From Ignavibacteria bacterium (GTDB taxonomy: Bacteria > Bacteroidota > Ignavibacteria > UBA10030 > F1-140-MAGs086), in assembly GCA_016873775.1 (NCBI GenBank), contig VGWC01000004.1, forward strand, positions 1,830 to 65,829: a DNA stretch of 64,000 nucleotides, read 5' to 3'. Position numbers and translations under genes: made by a program. Below, in pieces: positions 28,990 to 40,100 of this stretch (positions within the stretch are counted from its first letter, which is position 1; every line of letters starts with the position of its first letter). Under the pieces are notes generated by a model, which saw only the letters and a list, made by a program, of their open reading frames with translations, ran no database searches and was not told the DNA's origin.

Positions 28990-29883
28990 TTGCATAAACC
29001 TCACGATTCAAGCAGTAATATTCATACTGTTTTTGTTTTCTTTTTATTTTTTCTCGGCATACTTTCCGTTTCTATTATTGGATTGAAAGGTTGTTCTTAT
29101 TATTTGATTCCGATAGCTGAACGTCCATATCATGCGGATTACGATTTATGGAAACCTACGGGATTCATTGGGCATGGACTAGGTTTTCTTGGAACAGCAA
29201 TGATTATATTGGGTGTTTCTACGTATTCTTCGAGGAAAAGAATTCGTGCGATTTCGTCGTGGGGGAAAATCAGTTACTGGTTAGAGTTTCATATTTTTTT
29301 ATGTCTTGTGGGTCCCATATTCATAGTATATCATACTACATTTAAATTCGGCGGAATTGTTGCAGTAAGTTTTTGGAGTATGACTGCTGTAATGTTAAGT
29401 GGAATTGTCGGAAGATATTTGTATGTGCAAATTCCGAAAAATATTCGCGGAGTAGAAATGACGATAGAGGAATTATTAAACGAAAATTTTATTTTCACGA
29501 AGCGATTGCGAGAAGAGTATAAAATTTCGGAAGAGCTATTCAAACGTATGGAAATCGTTGTTTCGCTTGCGCGCGAAAAATCGCAAACGTTGCTTGGTGT
29601 GTTTGAGGAATTTTTTCTCAAGGGTTCGCAACGAAGAAACGTCCTTCAATTGTTGCAACATGAATTAGTGAAGGCAAACATTTCTACTCACGAAATCAAA
29701 AACATCGTTTCGCTTACGCGCAAGAAAATTATTCTTGAACAGCGGATAGCATTGCTCGAAGGAACGAGAAAATTGTTTCATTATTGGCATGTCATTCATT
29801 TACCGTTCACTATTGTTATGTTCATCATACTCGCAATTCATATTATTGTTGCGTTTCTGTTTGGCTATCGTTGGATTTTTTAA
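28990..29883 (+). CDS. hypothetical polytopic membrane protein
   Basis: Several hydrophobic helices (IIGLKGCSYYLIP, IILGVSTYS, IFLCLVGPIFIVY, VMLSGIVGRYLYV, FTIVMFIILAIHIIVAFLFG). Start uncertain. Confidence 0.4.
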   Translation: MHKPHDSSSNIHTVFVFFLFFLGILSVSIIGLKGCSYYLIPIAERPYHADYDLWKPTGFIGHGLGFLGTAMIILGVSTYSSRKRIRAISSWGKISYWLEFHIFLCLVGPIFIVYHTTFKFGGIVAVSFWSMTAVMLSGIVGRYLYVQIPKNIRGVEMTIEELLNENFIFTKRLREEYKISEELFKRMEIVVSLAREKSQTLLGVFEEFFLKGSQRRNVLQLLQHELVKANISTHEIKNIVSLTRKKIILEQRIALLEGTRKLFHYWHVIHLPFTIVMFIILAIHIIVAFLFGYRWIF

Positions 29884-29925
29884 TAGCAGTTATTTTCTTA
29901 TTTCTTTATTGTAATAAACCATTGT

Positions 29926-30549
29926 ATGAAAAATAAACCAGTGCTTGTTTATGGAGGCATTATAGTTGTGTTAACGGTAGTAATTATTGTTGCAACTTTG
30001 AAAGAACAAAAACCGATACCGCAACAAATTTCAACTCCGCCGCAAAGCGAACTTCCTTTGAACCATCCGCCAATAGACGGAATGAACAACAATGCTGCGA
30101 AACCATCGAAGGAAAACGTCGCGCGGCGTGTGCAACAGGAAATTGAGAACTTACAACACTCAGTTGAAAAAGAACCAAACAATATTTCACTGTTGATGCA
30201 ACTTGCAAATTTTCTCTTCGATGCGCATCAAATGTCGGAGGCAAAAAAATATTACGAACGTATTTTACAACTCGATGCGAAAAATACGGCGGCACGATTG
30301 GAATTATCGGTTTGTTATTATCACGAACAGAATTTTCAACAAGCAATTTCTTTGATGAAAGAAATATTGTCGTATGAACCGAGAAATCAAGATGCTATGT
30401 ACAATCTCGGTTCGCTTTATGCTACAATGAAAAATGATGCGGAAGCATTAACTTGGTGGAAGCGCACGGTACAAGCAAATGATACATCTGAACTTGCAAA
30501 AAAATCGAAAGAGAATATTTCGTTTCTCGAAAATTCTTTAAAAAAATGA
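29926..30549 (+). CDS. membrane-anchored TPR-repeat protein
   Basis: N-terminal transmembrane helix (VLVYGGIIVVLTVVIIVATL), a P-rich linker, then about 3-4 TPR-like repeats. The stop overlaps the start of the first multiheme cytochrome (ATGA). Confidence 0.6.
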   Translation: MKNKPVLVYGGIIVVLTVVIIVATLKEQKPIPQQISTPPQSELPLNHPPIDGMNNNAAKPSKENVARRVQQEIENLQHSVEKEPNNISLLMQLANFLFDAHQMSEAKKYYERILQLDAKNTAARLELSVCYYHEQNFQQAISLMKEILSYEPRNQDAMYNLGSLYATMKNDAEALTWWKRTVQANDTSELAKKSKENISFLENSLKK

Positions 30550-32186
30550 AGCGACTATTCTATGGTGGAATAGCAGTACTCTTATTTTGCGCGCACGCAT
30601 ATCCGCAAATTTCTCCCGGAAAACTTTCCAGCGCGCACGAATCGCTTGAAGGAATAAACAACTGCACGCAATGTCATAATTTAGGGAAAGAAATTTCCGG
30701 TGAAAAATGCTTGCAGTGCCATAAAGAAATACAACAACGAATCAATGCGCAGCACGGTTTTCATTTCAAAAAAAAAAATGAAGACTGCATTGTTTGTCAC
30801 AAAGACCATCGCGGGAAAGAAGTTTCGTTGCTTCGATGGGACAAAAAGAATTTTTTACACGACGAAACCGGATATGGTTTGGAAGGTAGACATCGCACGC
30901 TTAAGTGTGAACAATGTCATACGAAGAGCAATATTCGCGATGAAGATATTCTGAAAAAAAGCAATGCGTTTATTTCAAAAACGTTTTTGGGTTTGCATCG
31001 AGAATGTTTATCGTGTCACGAAGATGAACATCGCGGGCAATTGAATACCAATTGTTTGCAGTGTCATTCGTATGAGCAATGGAAACCTGCGGAGAAATTT
31101 TCTCATAACGAAGCGCGGTTTTTATTAAAGGGAAAACATGCAAATGTTCGTTGTCAAAAATGTCATACTGCAGAAATAAACGGAAATTTGGTACGATTGA
31201 AAACGTTTAAACCATTACAATTTCAGCAATGTCATTTCTGTCATAATGATGTTCACGGCGGGAAATTAGGCGCAAGTTGTAATTCTTGTCATTCTGAAGA
31301 TGGATGGAAAATTATTGCGGAAGGAAAATTTAATCATTCTAATACGCGGTTCCCGCTTTTAGGAAAACATCAAAATGTTGTTTGCGGCAAATGCCACAAA
31401 GAAAAGAGGGGAGAAAAAAAATTTTCTGATAGAACATTCGCTTTGTGCAGTGATTGTCATTCCGATTATCATCGCGGAGATTTTAAAGAGAGAGCAGATA
31501 AGGGCAAATGTGAAGGTTGTCATACGATTGAAGGATTTTCTCCATCTACGTTTTCAGTAGTTTTGCATAATGAAACAACGTTCAAACTAACAGGAGCGCA
31601 CGAAAAAATACAATGCAATCAGTGTCATAAAAAAGAAAATTCCGGATCGAAAGAAGAGTATATACGTTTTCGTTGGAAAGAATTACGTTGTCAAAGTTGT
31701 CATACTGATATACATAGTGGACAATTTGCAACGCGAATGAAAGACAAAGGGTGTTTGGAATGTCATTTGACAACAAATTGGAAGTCGTTATTGTTTTCTC
31801 ACGATTCAACTGTATTTCCGCTTGTTGGATTACATCAGGCAGTTTCTTGTAAAGAATGTCATAAAATTGTAACTTTGCAAAGCAATTTCAACTACATTCA
31901 GTTTACGGGAACACAGAAGCAATGTAATGAATGCCATACGGATGTTCATTTCGGGCAATTCAAACGTATAGAGAATAATCAAACAAAGTGTGAACAATGC
32001 CATTCTGCTCGAGGTTGGAGTTTTCTACAATTTGAACATAACACACAGTCACAATTTCGACTCGATGGAAAACACGCACAACTATTTTGTGAAGATTGTC
32101 ATAAGAAAACGACGCAAGATGGAAATACATTCACGCGGTACAAACCGTTATCACCTCTTTGCGAATCATGTCATGCAAAAAGATAA
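30546..32186 (+). CDS. multiheme c-type cytochrome, 20 CXXCH motifs (doubled-CXXCH repeat type)
   Basis: Signal/lipoprotein-like N-terminus (MKRLFYGGIAVLLFCAHA). I counted 20 canonical CXXCH motifs. They sit in recurring units of the form F.H......L.G.H.....C..CH, typical of paired-CXXCH cytochromes. Confidence 0.85.
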   Translation: MKRLFYGGIAVLLFCAHAYPQISPGKLSSAHESLEGINNCTQCHNLGKEISGEKCLQCHKEIQQRINAQHGFHFKKKNEDCIVCHKDHRGKEVSLLRWDKKNFLHDETGYGLEGRHRTLKCEQCHTKSNIRDEDILKKSNAFISKTFLGLHRECLSCHEDEHRGQLNTNCLQCHSYEQWKPAEKFSHNEARFLLKGKHANVRCQKCHTAEINGNLVRLKTFKPLQFQQCHFCHNDVHGGKLGASCNSCHSEDGWKIIAEGKFNHSNTRFPLLGKHQNVVCGKCHKEKRGEKKFSDRTFALCSDCHSDYHRGDFKERADKGKCEGCHTIEGFSPSTFSVVLHNETTFKLTGAHEKIQCNQCHKKENSGSKEEYIRFRWKELRCQSCHTDIHSGQFATRMKDKGCLECHLTTNWKSLLFSHDSTVFPLVGLHQAVSCKECHKIVTLQSNFNYIQFTGTQKQCNECHTDVHFGQFKRIENNQTKCEQCHSARGWSFLQFEHNTQSQFRLDGKHAQLFCEDCHKKTTQDGNTFTRYKPLSPLCESCHAKR

Positions 32187-32205
32187 ATAGCGTTTCAGTT
32201 ACAAT

Positions 32206-34161
32206 GTGAAAACACTGCAACAATACATACGAAAAACAATATTTCGAGCATTGGTTGTTTTCGTAGTGAATGCACTTGTAAATATTGAAGAAGTGTATTC
32301 GCAAGAATCACCTCACGGAATACTTTCACTTCCGTGTGCAGATTGCCATTCGACAGATTCGTTTCGTGAATTGCGTAGAGATTTGCAATTCAATCACAGT
32401 GAACGAACAAGATTTCAACTTACTGGTCAACATAAAAATATTCGTTGCCAATCGTGTCATCATTCATTAAAGTTTTCAGAGGAGAAGGGTTCTCTGCAAT
32501 GTGTTTCATGTCATACAGACCAACATCGCGGCGAAGTTGGAAAACAATGTGAACGTTGCCACACTACACAAAGTTGGGTGGTTACGGATATAGTGGAGAA
32601 ACATCAAGCGTCGCGCTTTCCGTTATTAGGAATTCATCGAAGTGTAAGTTGTGTGCAATGTCATACGAATCAGCAAAAGAATGAATTTGTCGGATTACCA
32701 GTAGATTGTGCTGGATGTCATCGAGAGGACTATCAGCGTTCAAAATATCCTTCACACAACGCAGTGGGAATATCGTTCCAATGCGAAGATTGTCATCAAA
32801 TTACTTCATCGAAGTGGAATGTAACAACATTTCTTCATCCCAATATTTCTATTATAAACGAAGGCATTCATTCCACTCTCTCGTGTGAATCATGCCATAA
32901 TAAAAAAACGCTTGGTACTCCGAAAGATTGTTTTGGTTGTCACCAAAATTCGTTTGTGAACGCAGTAAATCCTAATCACGTAACAGGACAATTTTCGCAT
33001 GATTGTAAAGCGTGTCATACTGCGACGCAATGGAAACCTGCAACATTCAATCATATAGGAACACAATTTCCTTTGACGGGTTCTCATCAATCGGTTTTGT
33101 GCGAGCAATGTCATTCGAACGGCAATTATACTTCATTATCAAGCGAGTGTTTTAGTTGTCATGAATCGGATTTTAGCCAAACACAGAATCCCAATCATAT
33201 TGTATCTCAATTTTCACACAACTGCGAAACATGTCATTCTACAAATGGATGGCAGCCGGCAACATTCAATCACGCAACAACGCAGTTTCCATTGAGCGGA
33301 GCGCATCAAACAACGGCGTGTCAAGAATGTCATACCAATGGAAATTATACAAATCTTCCGATGGATTGCTGGAGTTGTCACGAAACAGATTTTTCACAAA
33401 CAACAAATCCCAATCATACGACAGCGCAATTTTCCCACTTGTGCGAATCTTGTCACAATACTGTTGGATGGCAACCGTCAACATTTAACCATACGAATAC
33501 ACAATTTCCATTGACAGGAGCGCACGTTGCTACTCCTTGTCAGCAATGTCATATCAATGGAAATTATACAAATATTCCAACCGACTGTTGGAGTTGTCAT
33601 GAACAGGATTATACGTCTGCAAACGAACCGCCTCATACATTGCCTAATTTTAGTCATACGTGCACTGAATGTCATACAACAGAAACGTGGGACGACGCAT
33701 CGTTCAATCACAGTGTTACTCAATTTCCATTAACAGGTGCGCATATTTCAGCAAGTTGTCAACAATGTCATGTGAACGGAAATTATACAAATGTTCCCAC
33801 AGATTGTTATCCTTGTCATCAAACCGATTTTACTTCCGCTCCTCAACATTCTTCGAAAGGATATCCGCATAATTGTACGACAAGCGCGTGTCATAACACA
33901 TCAAACTGGAATTCTGCATTTAATCATACTCCGGAATTTCCCATAGCGCAAGGAACAAAACACCGTCCCGGAAGATGGAATGTTTGCAGTGATTGTCATC
34001 CTAATGCAAACAATTTTTCAGTATTTACTTGTACAACTTCGTGTCATCCGCAAAATGAAATGAACAATGAACATAATGATGTAAGTGGCTATATTTATCA
34101 AAGTGCCGCATGTTATGATTGTCATCCAACAGGTGAAGAAGGTGTTTTTCAACGCAATTAA
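32206..34161 (+). CDS. multiheme c-type cytochrome, 23 CXXCH plus two non-canonical motifs (CX4CH, CX3CH)
   Basis: Signal peptide. I counted 23 CXXCH motifs, plus CTTSACH and CTTSCH near the C-terminus. The central part is built from tandem approx. 46 aa modules (NGNYTN.P.DCWSCHE.DFSQT.NPNH...QFSH.CE.CH.T.GWQP.TFNH..TQFPLTGAH....CQ.CH). Confidence 0.85.
   Translation: MKTLQQYIRKTIFRALVVFVVNALVNIEEVYSQESPHGILSLPCADCHSTDSFRELRRDLQFNHSERTRFQLTGQHKNIRCQSCHHSLKFSEEKGSLQCVSCHTDQHRGEVGKQCERCHTTQSWVVTDIVEKHQASRFPLLGIHRSVSCVQCHTNQQKNEFVGLPVDCAGCHREDYQRSKYPSHNAVGISFQCEDCHQITSSKWNVTTFLHPNISIINEGIHSTLSCESCHNKKTLGTPKDCFGCHQNSFVNAVNPNHVTGQFSHDCKACHTATQWKPATFNHIGTQFPLTGSHQSVLCEQCHSNGNYTSLSSECFSCHESDFSQTQNPNHIVSQFSHNCETCHSTNGWQPATFNHATTQFPLSGAHQTTACQECHTNGNYTNLPMDCWSCHETDFSQTTNPNHTTAQFSHLCESCHNTVGWQPSTFNHTNTQFPLTGAHVATPCQQCHINGNYTNIPTDCWSCHEQDYTSANEPPHTLPNFSHTCTECHTTETWDDASFNHSVTQFPLTGAHISASCQQCHVNGNYTNVPTDCYPCHQTDFTSAPQHSSKGYPHNCTTSACHNTSNWNSAFNHTPEFPIAQGTKHRPGRWNVCSDCHPNANNFSVFTCTTSCHPQNEMNNEHNDVSGYIYQSAACYDCHPTGEEGVFQRN
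32930..33840 (+). repeat. tandem repeats (about 138 nt / 46 aa modules, 6-7 copies) inside the second multiheme cytochrome gene
   Basis: Nucleotide-level recurrence of ...aattatacaaat...ccgactgttggagttgtcatgaa... and ...caattttc.cac...tgtca... blocks, matching the protein-level double-CXXCH modules. Confidence 0.7.
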
Positions 34162-34168
34162 CATTTTT

Positions 34169-35728
34169 GTGCGTTTAATTTTCCTATTCTTTCTCTTCGC
34201 CTCGTTCACGTTCTCTCAAATTACTACACAGAGTGGAAGTGTTACATACATTTCCTTAGGAAACGTGTATGTATCACGTCCTGAAAATGTGCAATGTAAC
34301 GAAGGTGATACGCTTTTTGTGCTTCGCGATAATTCGACGATTGCACATATTATCATTTCTGTCGCAAGTAGTAAATCTGTTGTCGGAAAATTTTTTCCGG
34401 ATTCAGCGACAATCAAAATCGGTGATACCGTGAGAGGTTTTCAGATGACCACCAAGAGCGTTTCATCGAAAAGACAAAAAGAACGAACCACAAATATTTT
34501 GAGTGAACAAAGAAACAATATTGTTCGTGGAAGAATTGCGTTGCAAAATATAAGTGTGAATAATTTCAATTTGAGCGAACGCTCATTTCATCAATCTGGA
34601 ATAGTTCTGAATTTAAATGTGCAACGTGTTTTCGGTTCACTATGGAATTTTTCGATGTACTTCAACTCGCAGTACATTTCTTCATCGCAAAAATTACGAT
34701 TGGGAAACACATCGCGAACGAGATTTCGATTGTTTGATTTTTCTTTTGATTATCCCAATACGAGCGAAGGATTTGCTTATTCGTTTGGAAGAGTGCGTTC
34801 CAAATATACTGTTGGTCTTGGAGCGTTTGACGGTGCGCAAATTATTTATTCGATGAAAGAATGGACATTTGGTATAGCAGGAGGAACGCAACCGGATTAT
34901 CGCACATCACGCATCGCCACTGAATATGTACGGTTTTCTCCGTTTATTCATTTTCAATCGGGAAACGTTTTCGGTTTTCAATATGATGGAACAGTTGCAT
35001 ACACGCGACAAATGTTCCAACTGCGATTAGATAGAGAATTTCTTTACATGCAAAATTCATTTTCTACTTCGCAGTGGTTTAATTTTTATCATAGCACAGA
35101 AATAGATTTGAACGACATCAAGAACGGTTTGCGGCAGAAGGCGATTCAATTCACGAACACATACATTTCCATCGGAAGTTCGCCGCTTGATTGGCTGTCG
35201 TTGAATGCGGGGTTTGATGCAACGAAAAATGTGTACTTGTTTGAAACGCATCGTTCGCTTGCTGATTCACTTTTTGACCGTTCGTTACAACAAGGATTTC
35301 GAATGAGTATGACAATTCGCTTGCCGAATAATTTTTCGTTGAACGGATTTTCCAATATTCGATTTCGTGAATCGGATGAGCGAACGTCGGTAAATAACGG
35401 CATCGGAATTCGCGCAAACAATATTCTCAATTCGCGTTTCAATGTTGGCGTTCGTAGTTCGCTTTTAAATGGAATTTTTACTGATGCGGCTACTGCAGGA
35501 ATTGATATTCATCGCGAAATTGCCAGCGGAATACAGGCAACAATAAATTTTGAACAGTATTTTTATGAACTGATGAACGGCGGAAATACTAATACGCTCA
35601 CAACAATCGGCGCAAATGTTTCTGGGCAACTTTCTTCAACATTATTTACTATCGCATCTCTCGAAAAAAATTTTGACAAGTTTGCGAACACGATGCGTGT
35701 GTTTTTAGAAATCGGTTATCGCTTTTAA
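34169..35728 (+). CDS. predicted outer-membrane beta-barrel protein (porin-like partner of the cytochromes)
   Basis: The ORF is open from 34085 but overlaps the cytochrome gene. A GTG at 34169 directly after the cytochrome stop gives a signal-like N-terminus (VRLIFLFFLFASFTFSQ). About 520 aa with alternating polar/hydrophobic strands, abundant aromatic girdle residues, and a C-terminal ...LEIGYRF (terminal Phe). Confidence 0.55.
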   Translation: MRLIFLFFLFASFTFSQITTQSGSVTYISLGNVYVSRPENVQCNEGDTLFVLRDNSTIAHIIISVASSKSVVGKFFPDSATIKIGDTVRGFQMTTKSVSSKRQKERTTNILSEQRNNIVRGRIALQNISVNNFNLSERSFHQSGIVLNLNVQRVFGSLWNFSMYFNSQYISSSQKLRLGNTSRTRFRLFDFSFDYPNTSEGFAYSFGRVRSKYTVGLGAFDGAQIIYSMKEWTFGIAGGTQPDYRTSRIATEYVRFSPFIHFQSGNVFGFQYDGTVAYTRQMFQLRLDREFLYMQNSFSTSQWFNFYHSTEIDLNDIKNGLRQKAIQFTNTYISIGSSPLDWLSLNAGFDATKNVYLFETHRSLADSLFDRSLQQGFRMSMTIRLPNNFSLNGFSNIRFRESDERTSVNNGIGIRANNILNSRFNVGVRSSLLNGIFTDAATAGIDIHREIASGIQATINFEQYFYELMNGGNTNTLTTIGANVSGQLSSTLFTIASLEKNFDKFANTMRVFLEIGYRF

Positions 35729-35733
35729 CGTAG

Positions 35734-37041
35734 ATGGAAACACTAATCACGCTGAGTATTTCCGTTCTCATCATCGCTCCCGTAATTTTTTTTTATCTTC
35801 GTTACAAAAAGAAAAAAAACAAAAAATTTAAACATCATTTACAACGGGCGATTGACAGTGGATTGAATGAAGTTGCAACACTTCATCCTTTGATCAATCA
35901 ATCGCTGTGCATTGGTTGCGGAACGTGTGTTGCATCGTGTCCTGAAAATGATGTGTTAGGAATTGTCAACGGAAAAGCCACGGTAATTTACGGCGCAAGA
36001 TGTGTTGGTCACGGATTGTGCGCTCAAAATTGTCCCGTTGGCGGAATCGAATTGGTTCTTGGAAATGCAACAACAAGCGTTGAAGTTCCTCACATCAAAG
36101 ACAACTATGAAACAAACGTGCAGGGAATGTATATCGTTGGAGAATTGGGAGGCGTTGGTTTGATTCGCAATGCAATCAATCAAGGAAGAGAGGTTATTGA
36201 GTACATTTCAACGCAAAAACGTTTGCAACAAAATATTCTCGATGTCGTCATTGTTGGTGCAGGACCTTCGGGATTGAGTGCGTCGCTTTCGGCGTTAAAA
36301 AATAATTTACAATTTGTAACTCTTGAACAAGAAGCGGATTTTGGCGGCTCTATTCTTCATTATCCGAGGAATAAATTAGTGCTGACTTCACCGGTGGAAA
36401 TCCCTTTGTACGGAAAACTGAATCTTTCTGAAATTACAAAAGAAAATTTGCTGCAAATCTGGAATGACATTATTGAAAAAACAAAACTCAAACTTCATTT
36501 CAATGAAAAAGCAACGGAGATAATAAAATCGAACGATGTTTTTTTTGTTCGTACTTCACAAAGCGAGTATCAGACGAAAAATGTTGTGCTTGCATTAGGA
36601 AGAAGAGGAACTCCGCGAAAACTTGGCATACCCGGCGAACAGCATTCCAAAGTAATGTACCGCCTGATTGAAGCGGAATCGTTTCAGCAATCGCATATTC
36701 TCGTTGTCGGCGGCGGAGATAGTGCAATTGAAGCCGCTGTTGGATTGGCACAACAATTGGGAAATACCGTAACGATTTCATACCGCAAAGATACGTTGAC
36801 ACGTTTGAAAGCGCGCAATCAGGCGAACATTCAGAAATATATTTCCGAAAAAAAAATTTCTCTTCTTTTCAATTCGTCTGTTCGGGAAATACACGAAAAA
36901 TGTATTGATATAGATGTAGCGGGAACAATACGTACGTTGCCTAATGATTATGTGTTTGTATTTGCAGGAGGAGAATTGCCGTTTGAGTTCTTAAAAAAAA
37001 TTGGTATTGAAATTGATTTACATAGAGGAGAATCAAAATAA
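35734..37041 (+). CDS. membrane-anchored ferredoxin (2x[4Fe-4S]) fused to an FAD/NAD(P)-binding pyridine-nucleotide-disulfide oxidoreductase-like domain
   Basis: N-terminal transmembrane helix (LITLSISVLIIAPVIFFYL). Two cysteine clusters: CIGCGTCVASCP and CVGHGLCAQNCP. A dinucleotide-binding motif VVIVGAGPSGLSAS and a second ILVVGGGDSAIEAA. Confidence 0.7.
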   Translation: METLITLSISVLIIAPVIFFYLRYKKKKNKKFKHHLQRAIDSGLNEVATLHPLINQSLCIGCGTCVASCPENDVLGIVNGKATVIYGARCVGHGLCAQNCPVGGIELVLGNATTSVEVPHIKDNYETNVQGMYIVGELGGVGLIRNAINQGREVIEYISTQKRLQQNILDVVIVGAGPSGLSASLSALKNNLQFVTLEQEADFGGSILHYPRNKLVLTSPVEIPLYGKLNLSEITKENLLQIWNDIIEKTKLKLHFNEKATEIIKSNDVFFVRTSQSEYQTKNVVLALGRRGTPRKLGIPGEQHSKVMYRLIEAESFQQSHILVVGGGDSAIEAAVGLAQQLGNTVTISYRKDTLTRLKARNQANIQKYISEKKISLLFNSSVREIHEKCIDIDVAGTIRTLPNDYVFVFAGGELPFEFLKKIGIEIDLHRGESK

Positions 37042-37164
37042 TTTGAGTACTTTAACCCGCCATTTTTCTTCATCTCCAGCATTTTTTTTTCGATTCAAGC
37101 ATCGAGAAAACTGTTATATTATTTTCATTTAAATTTAAAAACACATTAATAAGGAAATAAATGT

Positions 37165-40100
37165 ATGTTGAAGACTTCTTTCTTTTTAATCATCTTATTC
37201 TTGCTGAACAATTCTTTTATTTCAGCGCAGCAATATTGGAAATGGAAAAACCCGTACCCGCAGGGAAACAGTTTTACCGCAGTATATTTTATCAACGAAG
37301 AAATCGGTTATGGCATTGGAGAATTTGGAGTAATTCTTCGTACGACCAATGGAGGAGCTGAATGGGCGCAACTTTCAAGCGGAACAGTACGAACGTTACG
37401 CGCTGTATATTTTTTCGATTCCGATAATGGTTTTGTTGCCGGAGATTCCGGAACAATTCTTCGTACAACAAACGCCGGCGATTCGTGGACAATGCAGAAC
37501 AGCACGACATTCAATACACTTCGTGGAATTTCTTTTGCAACTTTATCACAAGGATTAATCGTTGGTTCTTCCGGCACGATTGTAAAAACTACTGATGGAG
37601 GAACAACGTGGAATTTGCTTACGAGCGGAATTACGGCAAGGTTGAACTCCGTTGCTTATATCAATGCGGATACTGCAACTGCGGTAGGAACTGCGGGTGG
37701 AGGTGGAGGTACTGGTACTATCATTCGTACAACAAATGGAGGAACAACGTGGGCATTGCAAACCACGATTCTACAAAGTGCGTTGAATGGCGTTGCGTTC
37801 TATAATACGAACATCGGTTTTATTGCTGGCTCGAATAATCGTTTGTTGAGGACCATCAATGGAGGAACAACGTGGATTCGAGATACTGTACAAGGTTCGT
37901 GGAATGCAATTGCAAATATAGATTCTCTTACGTGTGTTGCTGTTGGACAAAATGGAGTAATCGTCAAAACAACGAACGGTTCTACTTGGAATTCGCAGAC
38001 AAGCGGAGTTTCGAATCATTTAACGGGAGTTTCTTTTAAAGGAAATACTATAGGAACTGTAGTCGGTAGTTTAGGAATCGTTATTCGCACGTCAAACGGC
38101 GGTGATTCATGGATACAACAATCGCGCACTGTTACGACTTCGAATTTGTTCGGTGTTTTTTTTGTGAACAGAACAATCGGTTTTGTTGGCGTGAGATCTG
38201 GTGTAATGTTGAAAACAACAAACGGCGGTGATTCGTGGATACAACAATCCTACACCGCTCCCGGAATAGTGAGCTCCGTGTATTTTAATGACGAAAATAT
38301 TGGTACTGCTGTAACCGATTCCGGCGCTATCATTCGTACGAATGATGGAGGAAATACTTGGCTGTTGCAACAAAGCAATACAACTTCAGTTCTGAATTTT
38401 GTACAATTTGTCAATGAAAATACTGGCGTTGTTGTTGGTTCAAACAGTACCATTCTGTTCACAACGAATGGCGGAGAAAACTGGATTCCTTCTGTCACTG
38501 GATTGAATAAAACATTTCGTTGCGCTTCATTTGTTTCAGAAAATCTGTGCATTGTTGTAGGCGATACAGGAACAATCATTCGAACGACCAATAAGGGTGA
38601 AACATGGATGAATCAACACTACAGCACTTCTAATTTTATGCGCGGGGTTCATTTTTCTAACGAACAAAATGGTGTTGTTGTTGGTTCATTTGGAATGATT
38701 ATAAAAACTACGGATGGGGGAACTACCTGGAGTGAACCGAATAGCGGAACTCAAAACACTTTGCGAGCAATTTCTTTTTCTGATGAAGAGAATGGAACTG
38801 CAGTCGGCGAAAACGGTACAATTGTTTCGACAACAAATGGAGGAACTTCGTGGAGTATAATTGCAACTCCAACGATAAACAGATTAAGCGGCATATCAAT
38901 GACATCTGCAGCAACGGGAACAATTGTTGGAAACAATGGAACCATATTACGAACGCAGAGTTCAGTTTTTCCTCCAGATACTCCTTCGTTACTTTCACCC
39001 GAAAACAATGCGACGAATCAATCCATTACTCCTCTTGTAAATTGGAATGCTGTTACAGGAGCAACTTCGTATCGCTTGCAAGTTGCGAAAGATTCCCTCT
39101 TTGCAAATGTAGTAACGGATAAATCGAATATACAAGGAACATTGTTTGAACTCAGTTCACTGAATAGTTTTACAAAGTACTTTTGGCGAGTGAGAGCAAA
39201 AAATAATGAAGGAGTTAGCGAATTTTCCGATACGTGGAATTTTACAACGCGGCAAGTTGCAGTTCCATCTGTTCCTACGTTGATTTCTCCAGAAAACGGT
39301 GCAGTGAATCAGGAAATTACCCTTATCGCAACTTGGAATGCTTCAGATAGTGCAATCGTTTATCGTCTTCAAGTTGCAAAAGATTCACTTTTTGAAACGA
39401 TAGTTGTTGATATTTCTGAAATTGAAAATACTTCAAAAGAAATTGGTCCTCTTTCAAGCAACACAAAATATTTTTGGAGAGTAAGCGCGCAGAATGTCGG
39501 AGGAAGCAGTGAGTTTTCAGAGAAATGGAATTTCACGACAAAATTTATTGCTCCATCAAATGCTCCAACATTAGTTTCTCCCGAAAATAATGCAACGGAA
39601 ATTTCAACAAAAGTTGTTTTGGTTTGGAATTATTCACAAGGTGCAGATAATTACGGTGTTCAAGTTGCAACCGATTCACTGTTTGAAAATTTGATTGTGA
39701 ATGATTCTACAGTAACGGATACGACGAAAAAAGTTACACTTGCTAGTTTAACAACGTATTATTGGAGAGTAGATGCACGAAATGCAGGAGGCAACAGTGC
39801 GTATTCCAATATATGGAGTTTTACAACAGTATTTGTTCCTATTCCATCTGTGCCTGTTTTAATGTATCCACAAAATAATTCCGTACATCAACCTCGTATC
39901 ATTGCGCTTGAATGGGAACCTTCTTTGAATGCAGAAACATACCTTTTGCAAATTGCAACGGATTCGTTGTTTGAAGTAATGGTGCTTGAAGATTCAACGA
40001 TTGTTGAAACAACAAAAGAAGTAGAATTACTTGGCATAACGAAATATTATTGGAGAGTTCGAGCAAAAAATGTCGGCGGAATTAGTAATTTTTCCGATGT

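Noticed and set aside
28862-29086. ORF 28862..29086 (+) beginning MVRDQEVAGSNPVAPT
   Set aside because: The first 15 codons are the 3' half of tRNA-Pro read as protein. Artefact.
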